Shown here: positions 42,927 through 57,035 of the stretch, in pieces | Layout: every line of letters starts with the position of its first letter | How positions within the stretch are numbered: position 1 is the stretch's first letter | Origin: Candidatus Poribacteria bacterium | GTDB lineage: Bacteria; Poribacteria; WGA-4E; PCPOR2b | Assembly: GCA_965208675.1 (NCBI GenBank) | Contig: OZ242351.1 | Span: forward strand, 4,800,001-4,864,000 | Length of the DNA stretch: 64,000 nt | Direction of reading: 5' to 3' | The notes under the pieces: generated by a model | Databases searched by the model: none | What the model saw: only the letters and a program-made list of their open reading frames with translations | Told to the model about the DNA's origin: nothing | Made by a program: the position numbers and the translations under genes

Positions 42927-43745
42927 CTATGAAGACGATAGGGGTTCCATACCCAACTTTTGACAAATTCTTTTCACGCCTGTTAGCCGCGGATAAAGCT
43001 CGAACGCCGTTTTTAGCATCCGTTCTGCCTGGATATGCCGGTTAATATCGAAATAAAATTCCGCGAGCTTTTTATAAATCCACGCTGTTTCACGTTTTGA
43101 CAGGTCGAGGGCATGGACTTTTTCTAGGTCGATGGGAATATCTTCTAGACACTGCGGATGGGTAAGATTGTAAAAATAGACCTGTTTAAGCCGCGCTTTA
43201 ATTTCATCTGTAAAATGGCGAAAAAACAAGCGGCGCTTTTCATGTGAAATTAACGATTCATAAATTCGCATCGCCGTTCGGTAGTTGCCGAGGGCATAGT
43301 AGGCTTCTGCTATAAGGAATTCGCAGTCTCGACTGTCCGCGTAGCTTAGAAAATCATCAATATGAAAATTTTTATCCTCACGCAGTAGCTGTTCATAAAT
43401 CCGGATGCCAGCCTCATCATTTCGGTTAAGCAACTCCTGAAACATCAGTTCGTATTTTTGCCGTTTTTGTTTTGCCCTTCTAAGGTTCTTAAGATAGGCA
43501 ACCTTCAATTGTTCCTCATCGTCCAAGGCGTCTAATGTCATGTCGTATTTCAATCTCTGCTGGGAATAGCATAGTGTATCGTAAGCCGTACAGATTTGAT
43601 GGAACATCCGCTCGGCAAATTCCTCGCGCCCCGGGTTCTTATCAGGATGATATCGCTTCGCCAGCTTACGGAATGCCCTTTTGATTTCCGCTGCTGTCGC
43701 TTTGCGATGGACTTCCAATATACGATAGTAGTTTGGAATATGCAT
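42927..43745 (-). CDS. J-domain protein with helical/TPR-like C-terminus
   Basis: NYYRILEV, IKRAFRKLAKRYHPDKN; no G/F region or zinc finger. Confidence 0.85.
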   Translation of the reverse strand: MHIPNYYRILEVHRKATAAEIKRAFRKLAKRYHPDKNPGREEFAERMFHQICTAYDTLCYSQQRLKYDMTLDALDDEEQLKVAYLKNLRRAKQKRQKYELMFQELLNRNDEAGIRIYEQLLREDKNFHIDDFLSYADSRDCEFLIAEAYYALGNYRTAMRIYESLISHEKRRLFFRHFTDEIKARLKQVYFYNLTHPQCLEDIPIDLEKVHALDLSKRETAWIYKKLAEFYFDINRHIQAERMLKTAFELYPRLTGVKRICQKLGMEPLSSS

Positions 43746-44005
43746 CTGGATTATGAATGACTTTCTTTAGTCTTTACTAAACTAGCTGTCTGTAGAAGAA
43801 TTTCATCGGTGTAATTTGTATTTTCCTATAATCTCACAGCGGCAATATTTTGTCAAGGCAAACTTCTGTGCTCTACACGCCACGCTAAATCCGAAAGCCG
43901 CGTGTCCGCGGAAATTGGTTTTACCATCATGGACATGGACGACAGTCGGCTGTTATTGGGATTTCGAGGCGCTTGAGAAAATCTCAAAAATAATTTGATT
44001 TTGCC

Positions 44006-44034
44006 TTGACAGCGAATACCATGCGTGTTATAAT
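44006..44034 (+). promoter_or_regulatory. rrn operon promoter
   Basis: Perfect TTGACA-17 nt-TATAAT, with an AT-rich upstream segment. Confidence 0.9.
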
Positions 44035-44040
44035 TTGCGC

Positions 44041-44081
44041 TACTCTGTACGTCAGAGTAGGCAACATGCGCTCTTTGAAAG
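44041..44081 (+). promoter_or_regulatory. rrn leader antitermination elements (boxB-like hairpin + boxA)
   Basis: TACTCTG-tacgt-CAGAGTA hairpin followed by GCTCTTTGAAA. Confidence 0.65.
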
Positions 44082-44189
44082 CTGAATAGTTTCTCGTGAC
44101 ATGTCCATGATGTTAATACAAACATCAGAATTAAGAGCTTGTTAAGGCTCGTAGAGTCATTGCTGGTTCAAAAGGATCAGTACACGTTT

Positions 44190-45758
<1,569 letters not shown>

Positions 45759-45866
45759 CCTATATAGGCTATCACTTGTTGGATGACACGTGGTATGCTT
45801 AGCTCGTTTCAGTGGGCACGTTCGAGATGCTATTTAGCTTTCTTAAAGCGCTTGTTGTTTTTGTAA

Positions 45867-45943
45867 GGGCTTATAGCTCAGGCGGTTAGAGCGCGCGCCT
45901 GATAAGCGCGAGGTCTCTGGTTCGATTCCAGATAAGCCCACCA
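45867..45943 (+). tRNA. tRNA-Ile (GAT)
   Basis: Cloverleaf GGGCTTA...TAAGCCC A CCA; anticodon loop CT-GAT-AA; TTCGA T-loop. Confidence 0.97.
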
Positions 45944-45952
45944 CTCTCGTGT

Positions 45953-46026
45953 GGGGGTGTAGCTCAGTTTGGGAGAGCGTCTGCTTTGCACGCAGAAGGT
46001 CAGCGGTTCGACTCCGCTCATCTCCA
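45953..46026 (+). tRNA. tRNA-Ala (TGC), CCA not encoded
   Basis: G3:U70 pair; anticodon loop TT-TGC-AC; TTCGA T-loop. Confidence 0.97.
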
Positions 46027-46029
46027 TTT

Positions 46030-46063
46030 GCCTGCATCTATTGCAGGCTTCGGTCTTTGACAA
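46030..46063 (+). promoter_or_regulatory. Spacer boxB-like hairpin + boxA before 23S
   Basis: GCCTGCA-tctat-TGCAGGC followed by GGTCTTTGACAA. Confidence 0.6.
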
Positions 46064-46098
46064 TTGTATAGATTTGATTGATTTACTTCATAACTGTT

Positions 46099-49118
<3,020 letters not shown>

Positions 49119-49220
49119 ATTCTTGTTGAAGTAAATCTTCAAATCTATAGAGTTGTCAAATATCAGTAAACGAAACAATTGCGGGATACAGACTTAGCGT
49201 TAAAATCTTATTAGTTTATC

Positions 49221-49338
49221 TTCCGGTGACAATGGCGGAGGGGAAACACCCGTACTCATTCCGAACACGGCAGTTAAGTCCTCCAGCGCTGATGATACTT
49301 CGAGGGTAACCTTGTGGAAAAGTAGGTCGTTGCCGGGA
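49221..49338 (+). rRNA. rrf: 5S rRNA
   Basis: ACACCCGTACTCATTCCGAACACGGCAGTTAAG, AGTAGGTCG; terminal stem TCCGGT/GCCGGG. Confidence 0.97.
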
Positions 49339-49348
49339 GAATTATTCA

Positions 49349-49391
49349 GCCTGTATTGTACGAAAATCTCGTATAATACAGGTTTTTTTTT
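49349..49391 (+). terminator. Rho-independent terminator of the rrn operon
   Basis: CCTGTATTGTACGA-aaatc-TCGTATAATACAGG followed by a T9 tract. Confidence 0.9.
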
Positions 49392-49612
49392 GTCCACTCC
49401 GAGGTGATTTCGTATTCGTAACAATAATTTGGTTCGTCAATCCGATTCTTGATGTGATTGGAGTGGACAGATTGGAAGTTCTTTTGGAACTCTGGACACA
49501 TACCAATTCGTCTCCGGCCGATTGATGAGGTGTGTTTTCAACATTCGGGGGAGCTGTCAATGGCTCAGGACAATTAGTAGATTTTGTTTTTTTTGGGAGG
49601 GGTAAGGAGAAT

Positions 49613-50137
49613 TTAGTTGCAATCTTCCTGTTTGGAAATTTTGATGGGCGGCGGTGCAACACGACGCACCACTTCCGGGCCCGTCAGTTCCGATAGTAAG
49701 GTATGGACGTTTTTACCAAGGATAGGGTGAACTACATCCGGTGCGATTTCGGCGAAAGGAAGGAGCACAAAACGGCGACGCTGCATTTCAGGATGCGGCA
49801 CTGACAATTCGGGCGTGTCAACACATTGGTCGCCAAAGATTAAGAGGTCTAGATCGATCTCTCTGGGTCCCCAGCGGGACCGCTGCTCCCGTCCAATTTG
49901 ATTTTCAAATGTCTTTAACAAAGCCAAAAGCGGGCGAGGTAAAACCTTGGTTTCAATGGCGATGACGCCGTTAATAAACCAATGCTGGTTCTCATACCCG
50001 ACAGGTTCAGTCTCATAGAGAGAGGATATTTGCATCGGCGCAACGCCTTCCGCTTCTAGCAGCAGGTGTAATGCGCGATTGATGTGAGCAAATCGATCTC
50101 CGATGTTCGCTCCAAAACCGATATAGACATCTGCCAT
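49613..50137 (-). CDS. folK: 2-amino-4-hydroxy-6-hydroxymethyldihydropteridine diphosphokinase
   Basis: YIGFGANIG, SSLYETEPVG, WGPREIDLDLL, VPHP...RRFVLLP. Confidence 0.96.
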   Translation of the reverse strand: MADVYIGFGANIGDRFAHINRALHLLLEAEGVAPMQISSLYETEPVGYENQHWFINGVIAIETKVLPRPLLALLKTFENQIGREQRSRWGPREIDLDLLIFGDQCVDTPELSVPHPEMQRRRFVLLPFAEIAPDVVHPILGKNVHTLLSELTGPEVVRRVAPPPIKISKQEDCN

Positions 50138-50199
50138 ATTTCAATTGAGAATTGTGCAGTTCAGAATTTGCGATTAATCCTGGTATATTTTTCAGGGTT

Positions 50200-51051
50200 C
50201 TATTTTTCCAATCCAAGGAGGCGCGCTGCGGTGGCATACAAAACTTTGTGCTTTACGTGGTCGTCGCGAAAGGGCAGTCTGTGGAAGTCATTCACACTTT
50301 CTGGTAGTGGTCGTGTCGGGTAAGCAGTTCCAAAAACGATTCGATCTTCCAGCAGCAAGTTTGCTGCACGGACATATTCGAGGCCGCCAGGCATCTCAGG
50401 ATATATCATATACATATCCGGGGACACATATACGTTGGGGCAAGAGTAAGCAACTGCAATTGCTTGATGTACCCACGGCCATCCGCCGTGGCACATGATC
50501 AGTGTAAGCCCGGGAAAGTCCCTGGCGACGCGTTGGATGGCGATAGGATTGACGTATGTATAGTCAGGGCCCATGAGACCTCCTCCGGATATGGCCGCAA
50601 TGATTCCCAGACGTTCCGCCTCTGCATAGAGCGGGTAATACACACGGTCATCCGCTGCACGTGCTGGGGCTGATCCCATGGGTTCCAGGTGAATTCCCGG
50701 CATCTTGGGGTGTTGAGCAACCTGACGCAGTTCATCAAGAGACTCTCGCGGACGGACACTATTTACCCCAGGGAATCCCACAAAGCGATTCGGATATGCA
50801 TCGACGAGTTCATAAATGTCCTCGTTTGCAATTGTGCCGTACTGTTCATCTGCCAACCGACCCATGACGACTCCCCACCGAATTCCCGCCTCATCCATCT
50901 CTTGGATGAGCAGGTCCATTGATCGTTCTGTGGCTGAACGCGGACGCTCGGCTCCTTTAATCTCTGGCGCATAACTGCCCGGCGGAAAATTATAAACAGC
51001 CAGACTAGGAATGCTCTTCCACGGCGGCCGCAGCCGCATATCAATAATCAT
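50200..51051 (-). CDS. Amidohydrolase family (amidohydro_2) protein
   Basis: IIDMRLRPP, YPNRFVGF, CHGGWPW, DRIVFGTAYP. Confidence 0.85.
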   Translation of the reverse strand: MIIDMRLRPPWKSIPSLAVYNFPPGSYAPEIKGAERPRSATERSMDLLIQEMDEAGIRWGVVMGRLADEQYGTIANEDIYELVDAYPNRFVGFPGVNSVRPRESLDELRQVAQHPKMPGIHLEPMGSAPARAADDRVYYPLYAEAERLGIIAAISGGGLMGPDYTYVNPIAIQRVARDFPGLTLIMCHGGWPWVHQAIAVAYSCPNVYVSPDMYMIYPEMPGGLEYVRAANLLLEDRIVFGTAYPTRPLPESVNDFHRLPFRDDHVKHKVLYATAARLLGLEK

Positions 51052-51841
51052 CTGACAATTCCTCCCTTAATTCTGTAAGAATGCGGCAACCTCCCCGCCG
51101 CCATTTTGTTCCCGTCTCTACACGGAGGGAATTAAGTAAGGCAACGAGGGTATTCATTGTGTGGATCATTAGAACTTTACAATCTACGACACGGTGTACC
51201 GTTTTACACCGCCGTTTGTGTGAAAATGTATGCCATTAACATGCGCGAATTTCGAAGTGAACCAGAAAGGCAAGTGCTTCCTTCGCTTAACCAAGCTTTA
51301 CCGACTGAATGCGCATCGTTGACGGAAGTTGAATACGCAACCATGTTGGTGATTGTGTGTCCCGTCCGTGTTGATGTGTTCCGGCAAACCCGACGTGTCC
51401 ACATCACCACCGATGAAATATGTGTGATTGTAAAGTTGAACGCCGCTGCATCTGGTTAGGTGTACGCCTCGACATCATCATGATGATGTGATGAGCGAAT
51501 TCCCAAGATTTTTTTGCGTGTGTTATTCTCACTGAGTACGCGTCGTTGTCCAGTACGGCTTGGCTCAGAAAGTACGCCGGACCTACTAACGGAACGTCAA
51601 TGTTTCCGAAGGCATGGACTTCATAACCACCCACAACGGCGGTGCCTGATTTTGAATCCCTTGTTTTGACAAGCATGTATTTCCAGCGGACGCGGGTGCT
51701 TCCTCAAATTTACCCGACTTAATTATTAAGTGGTGCAAGAGCAAACGAATGATTTCGCAAAATCTCGGTTGCTTTTAGCGCTTAGCGCTTTCCTTTGCTC
51801 GCGCGTTTGTGAGTCGCCCGCCGTTTGGATTTCAGTACATC

Positions 51842-53770
51842 TCAACGGAAAAAGCGGTAGACCACCTCCCCTTGCGCGATGCCCACAATCGTCCACAATC
51901 CGCCGACCATGTGTTGTCCTAGGATTAGCCCTGCGAAGAACGGCACGAATTGACGATACAGCCGCGGTCCTCCAACCGTCAGGATGGTGGTCTTCAAAGC
52001 CCATGCGATAAGAATTGAAAACCATGCTCGCTTCTCCATCACAGATCCACCTGCGACAGCATAACCTACCGGATGAAAGGGAAATCCTACATATCGATGA
52101 TGGAACACCATTAAGATACCTGTAACCACCGCGCCAATTCCCATCTCCCGCAGGAGCTCGTAGTTCCGGTGGCCAGGCGCCAAGAGCCACGGCTGAAGCC
52201 GGCGAAAGGGTTCCATTCCGATTTGATGCTGGACGTTCACCGCTCCAAATTGATACATCGCTTCAAGGAATATCCAAAACCCGCTGATTGTCCCGATGAC
52301 CGAGGCGATGACCATTGCCGTCAGGAACGCCCGCACCGGCCCTCCGGCAACCTGAGCTGTCTTAAAACCCTCAAGTTGATGACCGATGGGAACGCTTCGA
52401 TAAGCACGACTCATCCAGTAAAACCCGCTGAACAGTGCAACATTTTTCGTTCCAATGCTCCTCGGGCCGAAGATGTTTAGTAAGACCTGTTCGGGCCCCA
52501 TAAATTCCGCGCCGTGGGATGGAGGCCCCGCCTCGGCTCGAATGCGGCTAATCGCAATCATATATGCGAGATAAATCAGTAAGAAGAGCGTGCCCACCCA
52601 AACCGACAGTCCCGCCGCCATTAGCATCACCACAAGCAATACCACGCCGCCTACTAGACCAAAAACGGCGCTTCGATACCGCATTGGTTCTTTTTCATCG
52701 CTTGTATCCAGATTGCCGCGAAGTGCTGTCCGAAGCACACTCCTCAAGTGTCGACGGCCTGTCCACGCAACAATTGCGGTAAGAATCATCCACGAACCGG
52801 CTGTCTGATAACCCCGAAATGGGCCTGGCGTTTCCCATATGCCGATTGCCGCACGGAAAACTAGCTCCGCCTTCCATATCAAGTAGAAAAACCAAGCTGA
52901 CAGCGACAGATTTACGGGGAGGAAGTAACCTAACCCCACGACAAAAGGGTAAATCCATGCCACTAGCGGCTTGGCTGCAGTCCAAGGCTTCTCCGTCAGG
53001 TAGACCCCGATATCCATGCTAAGTGTGAACACGGGAATGACCGGAATGTAGGCGTGCAAGCCATTAATCAGGTCCAGTGTCCCCGCCAGTGCGAATCCCA
53101 ACCACAACATTCGATTCCTCAAAATTGAGCTGCCCGTTGCGAGCGCTATTGGCAACTGAATGATCGGATAAGCTAATTTCTCGTGCTCAGTCCACTGCCG
53201 TCGAACAATGGCAGTCAAGCAGAGCGTAACGAAGAGTAGAGTAATTAAAAACGCACTCCAGTAAAGCACAGGCCGGTACCATGCGCTTATGTGCGCCCCA
53301 TAGTAAAAGGCGGACTCTCCAAGGAAATAGCCTTGTGCAGCCGCATCGTCAATTCGGAGCCATGAGGGCAAGTGGCGGAGAAATAGATTTTCCCAGTCAT
53401 TTTCCGGTGTCGTGTACCAGCCGGTTCCGGCGAGAGATTGGACCAACACGAGCATTAAATCGTGCCCAAAGATTCCCGTAGCGACGGTGAGCATCACGAA
53501 AACAATTAAGAGTTCGCTCGGGCCAAAGGCGGCGCGCGGTGCTACTCGCCGGAGTAAACTGTTAGCCGCAACAAGCACAAATAACGTGAAAGTCACGTTG
53601 TAAAAGATGGTCAGAAGCGTGGAAAATGTGCCTGGGTAAACGGTTTCGGCGCGCATCAGCCAATATTGGTTCACCGGTATTAGCAGGGAACCGAGGAATA
53701 TGGCGCAGATGGGCTTGATTTGGGAGGTTCGTTTCTCCATACGGGGAGCAGTACGAGTTGATGAGGACAA
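51842..53770 (-). CDS. Multi-pass membrane protein, DUF6785/DUF6784-like (putative transporter)
   Basis: Many TM segments; RRQWTEHEKLAYP, SRIRAEAG, FPFHPVGY, GGPRLYR...PFFAGLILG motifs. Confidence 0.7.
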   Translation of the reverse strand: MSSSTRTAPRMEKRTSQIKPICAIFLGSLLIPVNQYWLMRAETVYPGTFSTLLTIFYNVTFTLFVLVAANSLLRRVAPRAAFGPSELLIVFVMLTVATGIFGHDLMLVLVQSLAGTGWYTTPENDWENLFLRHLPSWLRIDDAAAQGYFLGESAFYYGAHISAWYRPVLYWSAFLITLLFVTLCLTAIVRRQWTEHEKLAYPIIQLPIALATGSSILRNRMLWLGFALAGTLDLINGLHAYIPVIPVFTLSMDIGVYLTEKPWTAAKPLVAWIYPFVVGLGYFLPVNLSLSAWFFYLIWKAELVFRAAIGIWETPGPFRGYQTAGSWMILTAIVAWTGRRHLRSVLRTALRGNLDTSDEKEPMRYRSAVFGLVGGVVLLVVMLMAAGLSVWVGTLFLLIYLAYMIAISRIRAEAGPPSHGAEFMGPEQVLLNIFGPRSIGTKNVALFSGFYWMSRAYRSVPIGHQLEGFKTAQVAGGPVRAFLTAMVIASVIGTISGFWIFLEAMYQFGAVNVQHQIGMEPFRRLQPWLLAPGHRNYELLREMGIGAVVTGILMVFHHRYVGFPFHPVGYAVAGGSVMEKRAWFSILIAWALKTTILTVGGPRLYRQFVPFFAGLILGQHMVGGLWTIVGIAQGEVVYRFFR

Positions 53771-54120
53771 TTAAGGCGCCGGACAAAGGATTGGTAAAGG
53801 GCGGTGACGGGCTTTCAAATGGAACCATTTTTCGGTGGGCGTTTCGTAACCGTAGCAAATTTGCCTGACATCAAACGAGCCAATGGTAAATTCCAGGTGT
53901 CATCCTGAACTGCGATCTAGTTGGGCTCCTCGACAACGCATCGTACTCGGGAATAGCAGGGTTTTTGTTGTCGTGCAGGATTAGGAATAGCCATCCAAAA
54001 CCGATTAAGGAAAAGTCATGAATGGAAGATGGAGCCCGAGATGCATTCCCAGCCTCAAACCAACAATGGAGGTGCATCACAGGCTCCGTGAAAAGCGTTT
54101 AATACGTACAGTGAACAGTG

Positions 54121-54891
54121 TCAATCCGAAGTCTTCAAGGCGGCCCAGGTAATGGCAAGTTTACTTTTCGGAGAGACGGCAGTACCTCCTCCCTGAAAAA
54201 ATTGCATAATCTCGTCCGCTGATAAAGCTCGATTCCAGATGTGGAATTCGTCCAACACGCCCTCGAAGTTCTGTTGCTTAGGATTACCTGCCGCTAAAAT
54301 CCCCATGTCTCCGAAGTACATCGGTTCCGTAGTGAGGACAATGGGTCCCATATCCGGCTCTGTGTGAATTGCTACGCCATCAAGATACGAGGTGCTTGCC
54401 GTTGGAGAGTGTACCCACGCGCAGTGATGCCATTCTCCCCAATTTGCGGCAAAAGGAGAAAAAGTAAACCCCGGTCCGCCGCCCCAGTGGAACCGCCAGC
54501 CCGGATCTTCTTCAAGGATGTACCACTGAATTCGGTTGACTTCATCGGACTTGTCCATCATTGCACCGCGGCTAAGCGGTTTCGCCCAGTTCGCCACAGT
54601 GAACGAACCGTCGGCGCCGAAGAAGTCGTTGGAATGAGCGACAGTCACTTTCGTATCGTCCGCAGGGGAGAATTCCAACGCGTATCCGCCACCTTGGGCA
54701 TCAGTTGTCCAAGCAGCGCGCTCAACCGTACCATCATGCCCGCCGATTTCATCATGGGCAACATCGCCCTGTCCTTCGTCAAATGACCATTTGCCCACCA
54801 ACCCGTCAGTAACAGCAGAGAACGCATTGGAATGCAAAAACGCGATCGCAACAAGTACCATCAACGTAGCGCACCATTTCTGATGTTGCAT
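54121..54891 (-). CDS. Secreted LamG-like jellyroll domain protein (paralog 4)
   Basis: Signal peptide; GLVGKWSFDEG, WHH, FEGVLDEFHIWNRALS; C-terminal AVSPKSKLAITWAALK. Confidence 0.88.
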   Translation of the reverse strand: MQHQKWCATLMVLVAIAFLHSNAFSAVTDGLVGKWSFDEGQGDVAHDEIGGHDGTVERAAWTTDAQGGGYALEFSPADDTKVTVAHSNDFFGADGSFTVANWAKPLSRGAMMDKSDEVNRIQWYILEEDPGWRFHWGGGPGFTFSPFAANWGEWHHCAWVHSPTASTSYLDGVAIHTEPDMGPIVLTTEPMYFGDMGILAAGNPKQQNFEGVLDEFHIWNRALSADEIMQFFQGGGTAVSPKSKLAITWAALKTSD

Positions 54892-55289
54892 TATTTTTTC
54901 CTTTCTCGAAACGAAACCAGATGGTAACGTAAGTTATGTGCGAATCAACTGTATCTTTCACACTTTTTCAAGATTTGCCAGTGTTAGCGCAGAAGAGACA
55001 CAACAATGGTTATGATTGGGCAACCTCGACAATAAAAACAACACTGACTGTTAACACTGTGATGCTAGCTATTGCGGTGAGTATATCCCCACTTTCTCTC
55101 CATCACTCAGACTTTGAGGGGTGAAGGGGGGAGGAAGAAATGGCTGAACTCAACCATTCCAAGTCATTTTAACCGAATTTAACTTAAATGTAAATTTATT
55201 CATGAATCGTCAAATTGCTCTTTCGCTTGGTGTTGCGATTCAAGAGCCCGCGCCGCAGGACGGGATAGAACACTACAGAATCGCTCGTA

Positions 55290-56078
55290 TTAATTACTCA
55301 CTTTCAAGGCTGCCCACGTCATCGCCAGCTTATTGCGGGCAGCGACAGCGAGAATCTGATCGATGCCCCTGTCGTATACCTCCGCGACTTCATTGGCAGA
55401 TAATGGGCGGTTCCAGAAGCCAATCTCGTCAATAATGCCTTCGAAGTTCTGTTGCTTGGGATTGTTGCCGGGGAGGACTCCCATGTCTCCGAAGTACATC
55501 GGCTCACCGGTGGGTACAAATTGTCCCAATCCCTTCTGGCTGTGAACTTCTTCTCCGTTGACATAGGCAACACTTTCATCAACCGGATCGTGTGACCATA
55601 CGACGTGGGACCAATCTCCAAACTCGACTACGGGACCGTCGGTAAAGGTGAAGTTTGGACCGGCACCCCAATGAAGCCGTCCATCTTCCATGAGAAACCA
55701 CTGGATTCTGTCTGCCCGGCCGGACTTATCCATCATTGCGCCGCGGCTAAGCGGCCTTATCCAGTTCGCAACGGTTAATCCGTCCGGGAGTTCATCAAGA
55801 TTCTTGTCATCTTCAACACGTACTTTTGTATCATCTTGCGGCACGAATTTTAACGCCTTGCCCTTAATTGCGTTATCGGTCCAAGCGGCACCCTCGACCG
55901 TTCCATCATGGCCGCCGATTACATCGGCGGCTACCTTGCCTTCGCCTTCGTCAAAGGACCAATAGCCAATCAAACCATCTAAGACATCAGCGAACACGAA
56001 GGGCTGAATAGCAAGCACAAGTAGGGCGACTACTGTAGCACAGCGTACACATCGATTCATGACTTTCTCCTTTCTCAA
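55290..56078 (-). CDS. Secreted LamG-like jellyroll domain protein (paralog 3)
   Basis: GLIGYWSFDEG, FEGIIDEIGFWNRPLS; AVAARNKLAMTWAALK. Confidence 0.88.
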   Translation of the reverse strand: MRKEKVMNRCVRCATVVALLVLAIQPFVFADVLDGLIGYWSFDEGEGKVAADVIGGHDGTVEGAAWTDNAIKGKALKFVPQDDTKVRVEDDKNLDELPDGLTVANWIRPLSRGAMMDKSGRADRIQWFLMEDGRLHWGAGPNFTFTDGPVVEFGDWSHVVWSHDPVDESVAYVNGEEVHSQKGLGQFVPTGEPMYFGDMGVLPGNNPKQQNFEGIIDEIGFWNRPLSANEVAEVYDRGIDQILAVAARNKLAMTWAALKVSN

Positions 56079-56148
56079 AATTAAGAGTTGTTGCCCTGGA
56101 CGAAGCTAAACATCAGTTTTTTGAGAGCTTTGCTCCACTCAAGGATTG

Positions 56149-56922
56149 TTAATTGTGCACCTTCACCGCCGCCCATGTCATAGTCACTTTACTGCGGGGG
56201 GAAACGGCAAGAATTGTGCCAATCCCCTTCTCGAAGACCTCGCTGATTTCCTTTTCAGATAAGGGACGATTCCAAAAGCCGAAGTCGTCCATGATCCCCT
56301 CGAAATTTTGTTGTTTTGGATTTCCGGCGGCTATAATCCCACTTCTTCCGAAGATCATCGGCTCGCCGGTTGGAATAGGCGCCCCCATGTTCAACTCTTC
56401 ATGAAATATCTCACCGTTAACATACACGACGCTCACTTCGTCCGAATGTGACCATGCGACGTGGGACCACTTTCGAAAGGACACGGGATTTTCGCTAAAG
56501 GCAAAATTAGGCCCGCTACCCCAATGAAGGCGCCCATCGTCAAAGAAGAACCACTGTATGCGTAAATGGTTGCCTCCTGACTTATCCATCATTGCGCCTC
56601 GACTCACCGGCCAGATCCAGTTCGCCACCGTATGGCCATCCGGTAGATTATCGAGCGCTTCGGCATCCGGAACTACAATTTTCGTATCCTCTTCAGGCGA
56701 GAATTGAAGCGCCCACTTTCCAGACTTCGCTCTGTCAGTCCAAGCGGCACGCTTGATTGATCCATCATGTCCGCCAACTATATCGTGAGCCACATCTCCC
56801 TCTCCTGCATCAAATGGCCAGTAACCAACGAGTCCATCCATGATGTCAGCGGCGAAAATGCTGGTGTGGATAGAAAGCCCAATAAGTGTTGTCAGTACAG
56901 CGCAACATTTTTGTCGTTTCAT
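56149..56922 (-). CDS. Secreted LamG-like jellyroll domain protein (paralog 2)
   Basis: GLVGYWPFDAG, FEGIMDDFGFWNRPLS; AVSPRSKVTMTWAAVK. Confidence 0.88.
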   Translation of the reverse strand: MKRQKCCAVLTTLIGLSIHTSIFAADIMDGLVGYWPFDAGEGDVAHDIVGGHDGSIKRAAWTDRAKSGKWALQFSPEEDTKIVVPDAEALDNLPDGHTVANWIWPVSRGAMMDKSGGNHLRIQWFFFDDGRLHWGSGPNFAFSENPVSFRKWSHVAWSHSDEVSVVYVNGEIFHEELNMGAPIPTGEPMIFGRSGIIAAGNPKQQNFEGIMDDFGFWNRPLSEKEISEVFEKGIGTILAVSPRSKVTMTWAAVKVHN

Positions 56923-57035
56923 GATTTAGTCCTTTCACTGAAAGGCGGATTGACATTCTGACCGCTTCGCCGCGCTGAAGTGCCGGCTTCGTGAAGTATC
57001 CCTTTTTGCGAAATTCACTTTGCGCAGGCACCGAT

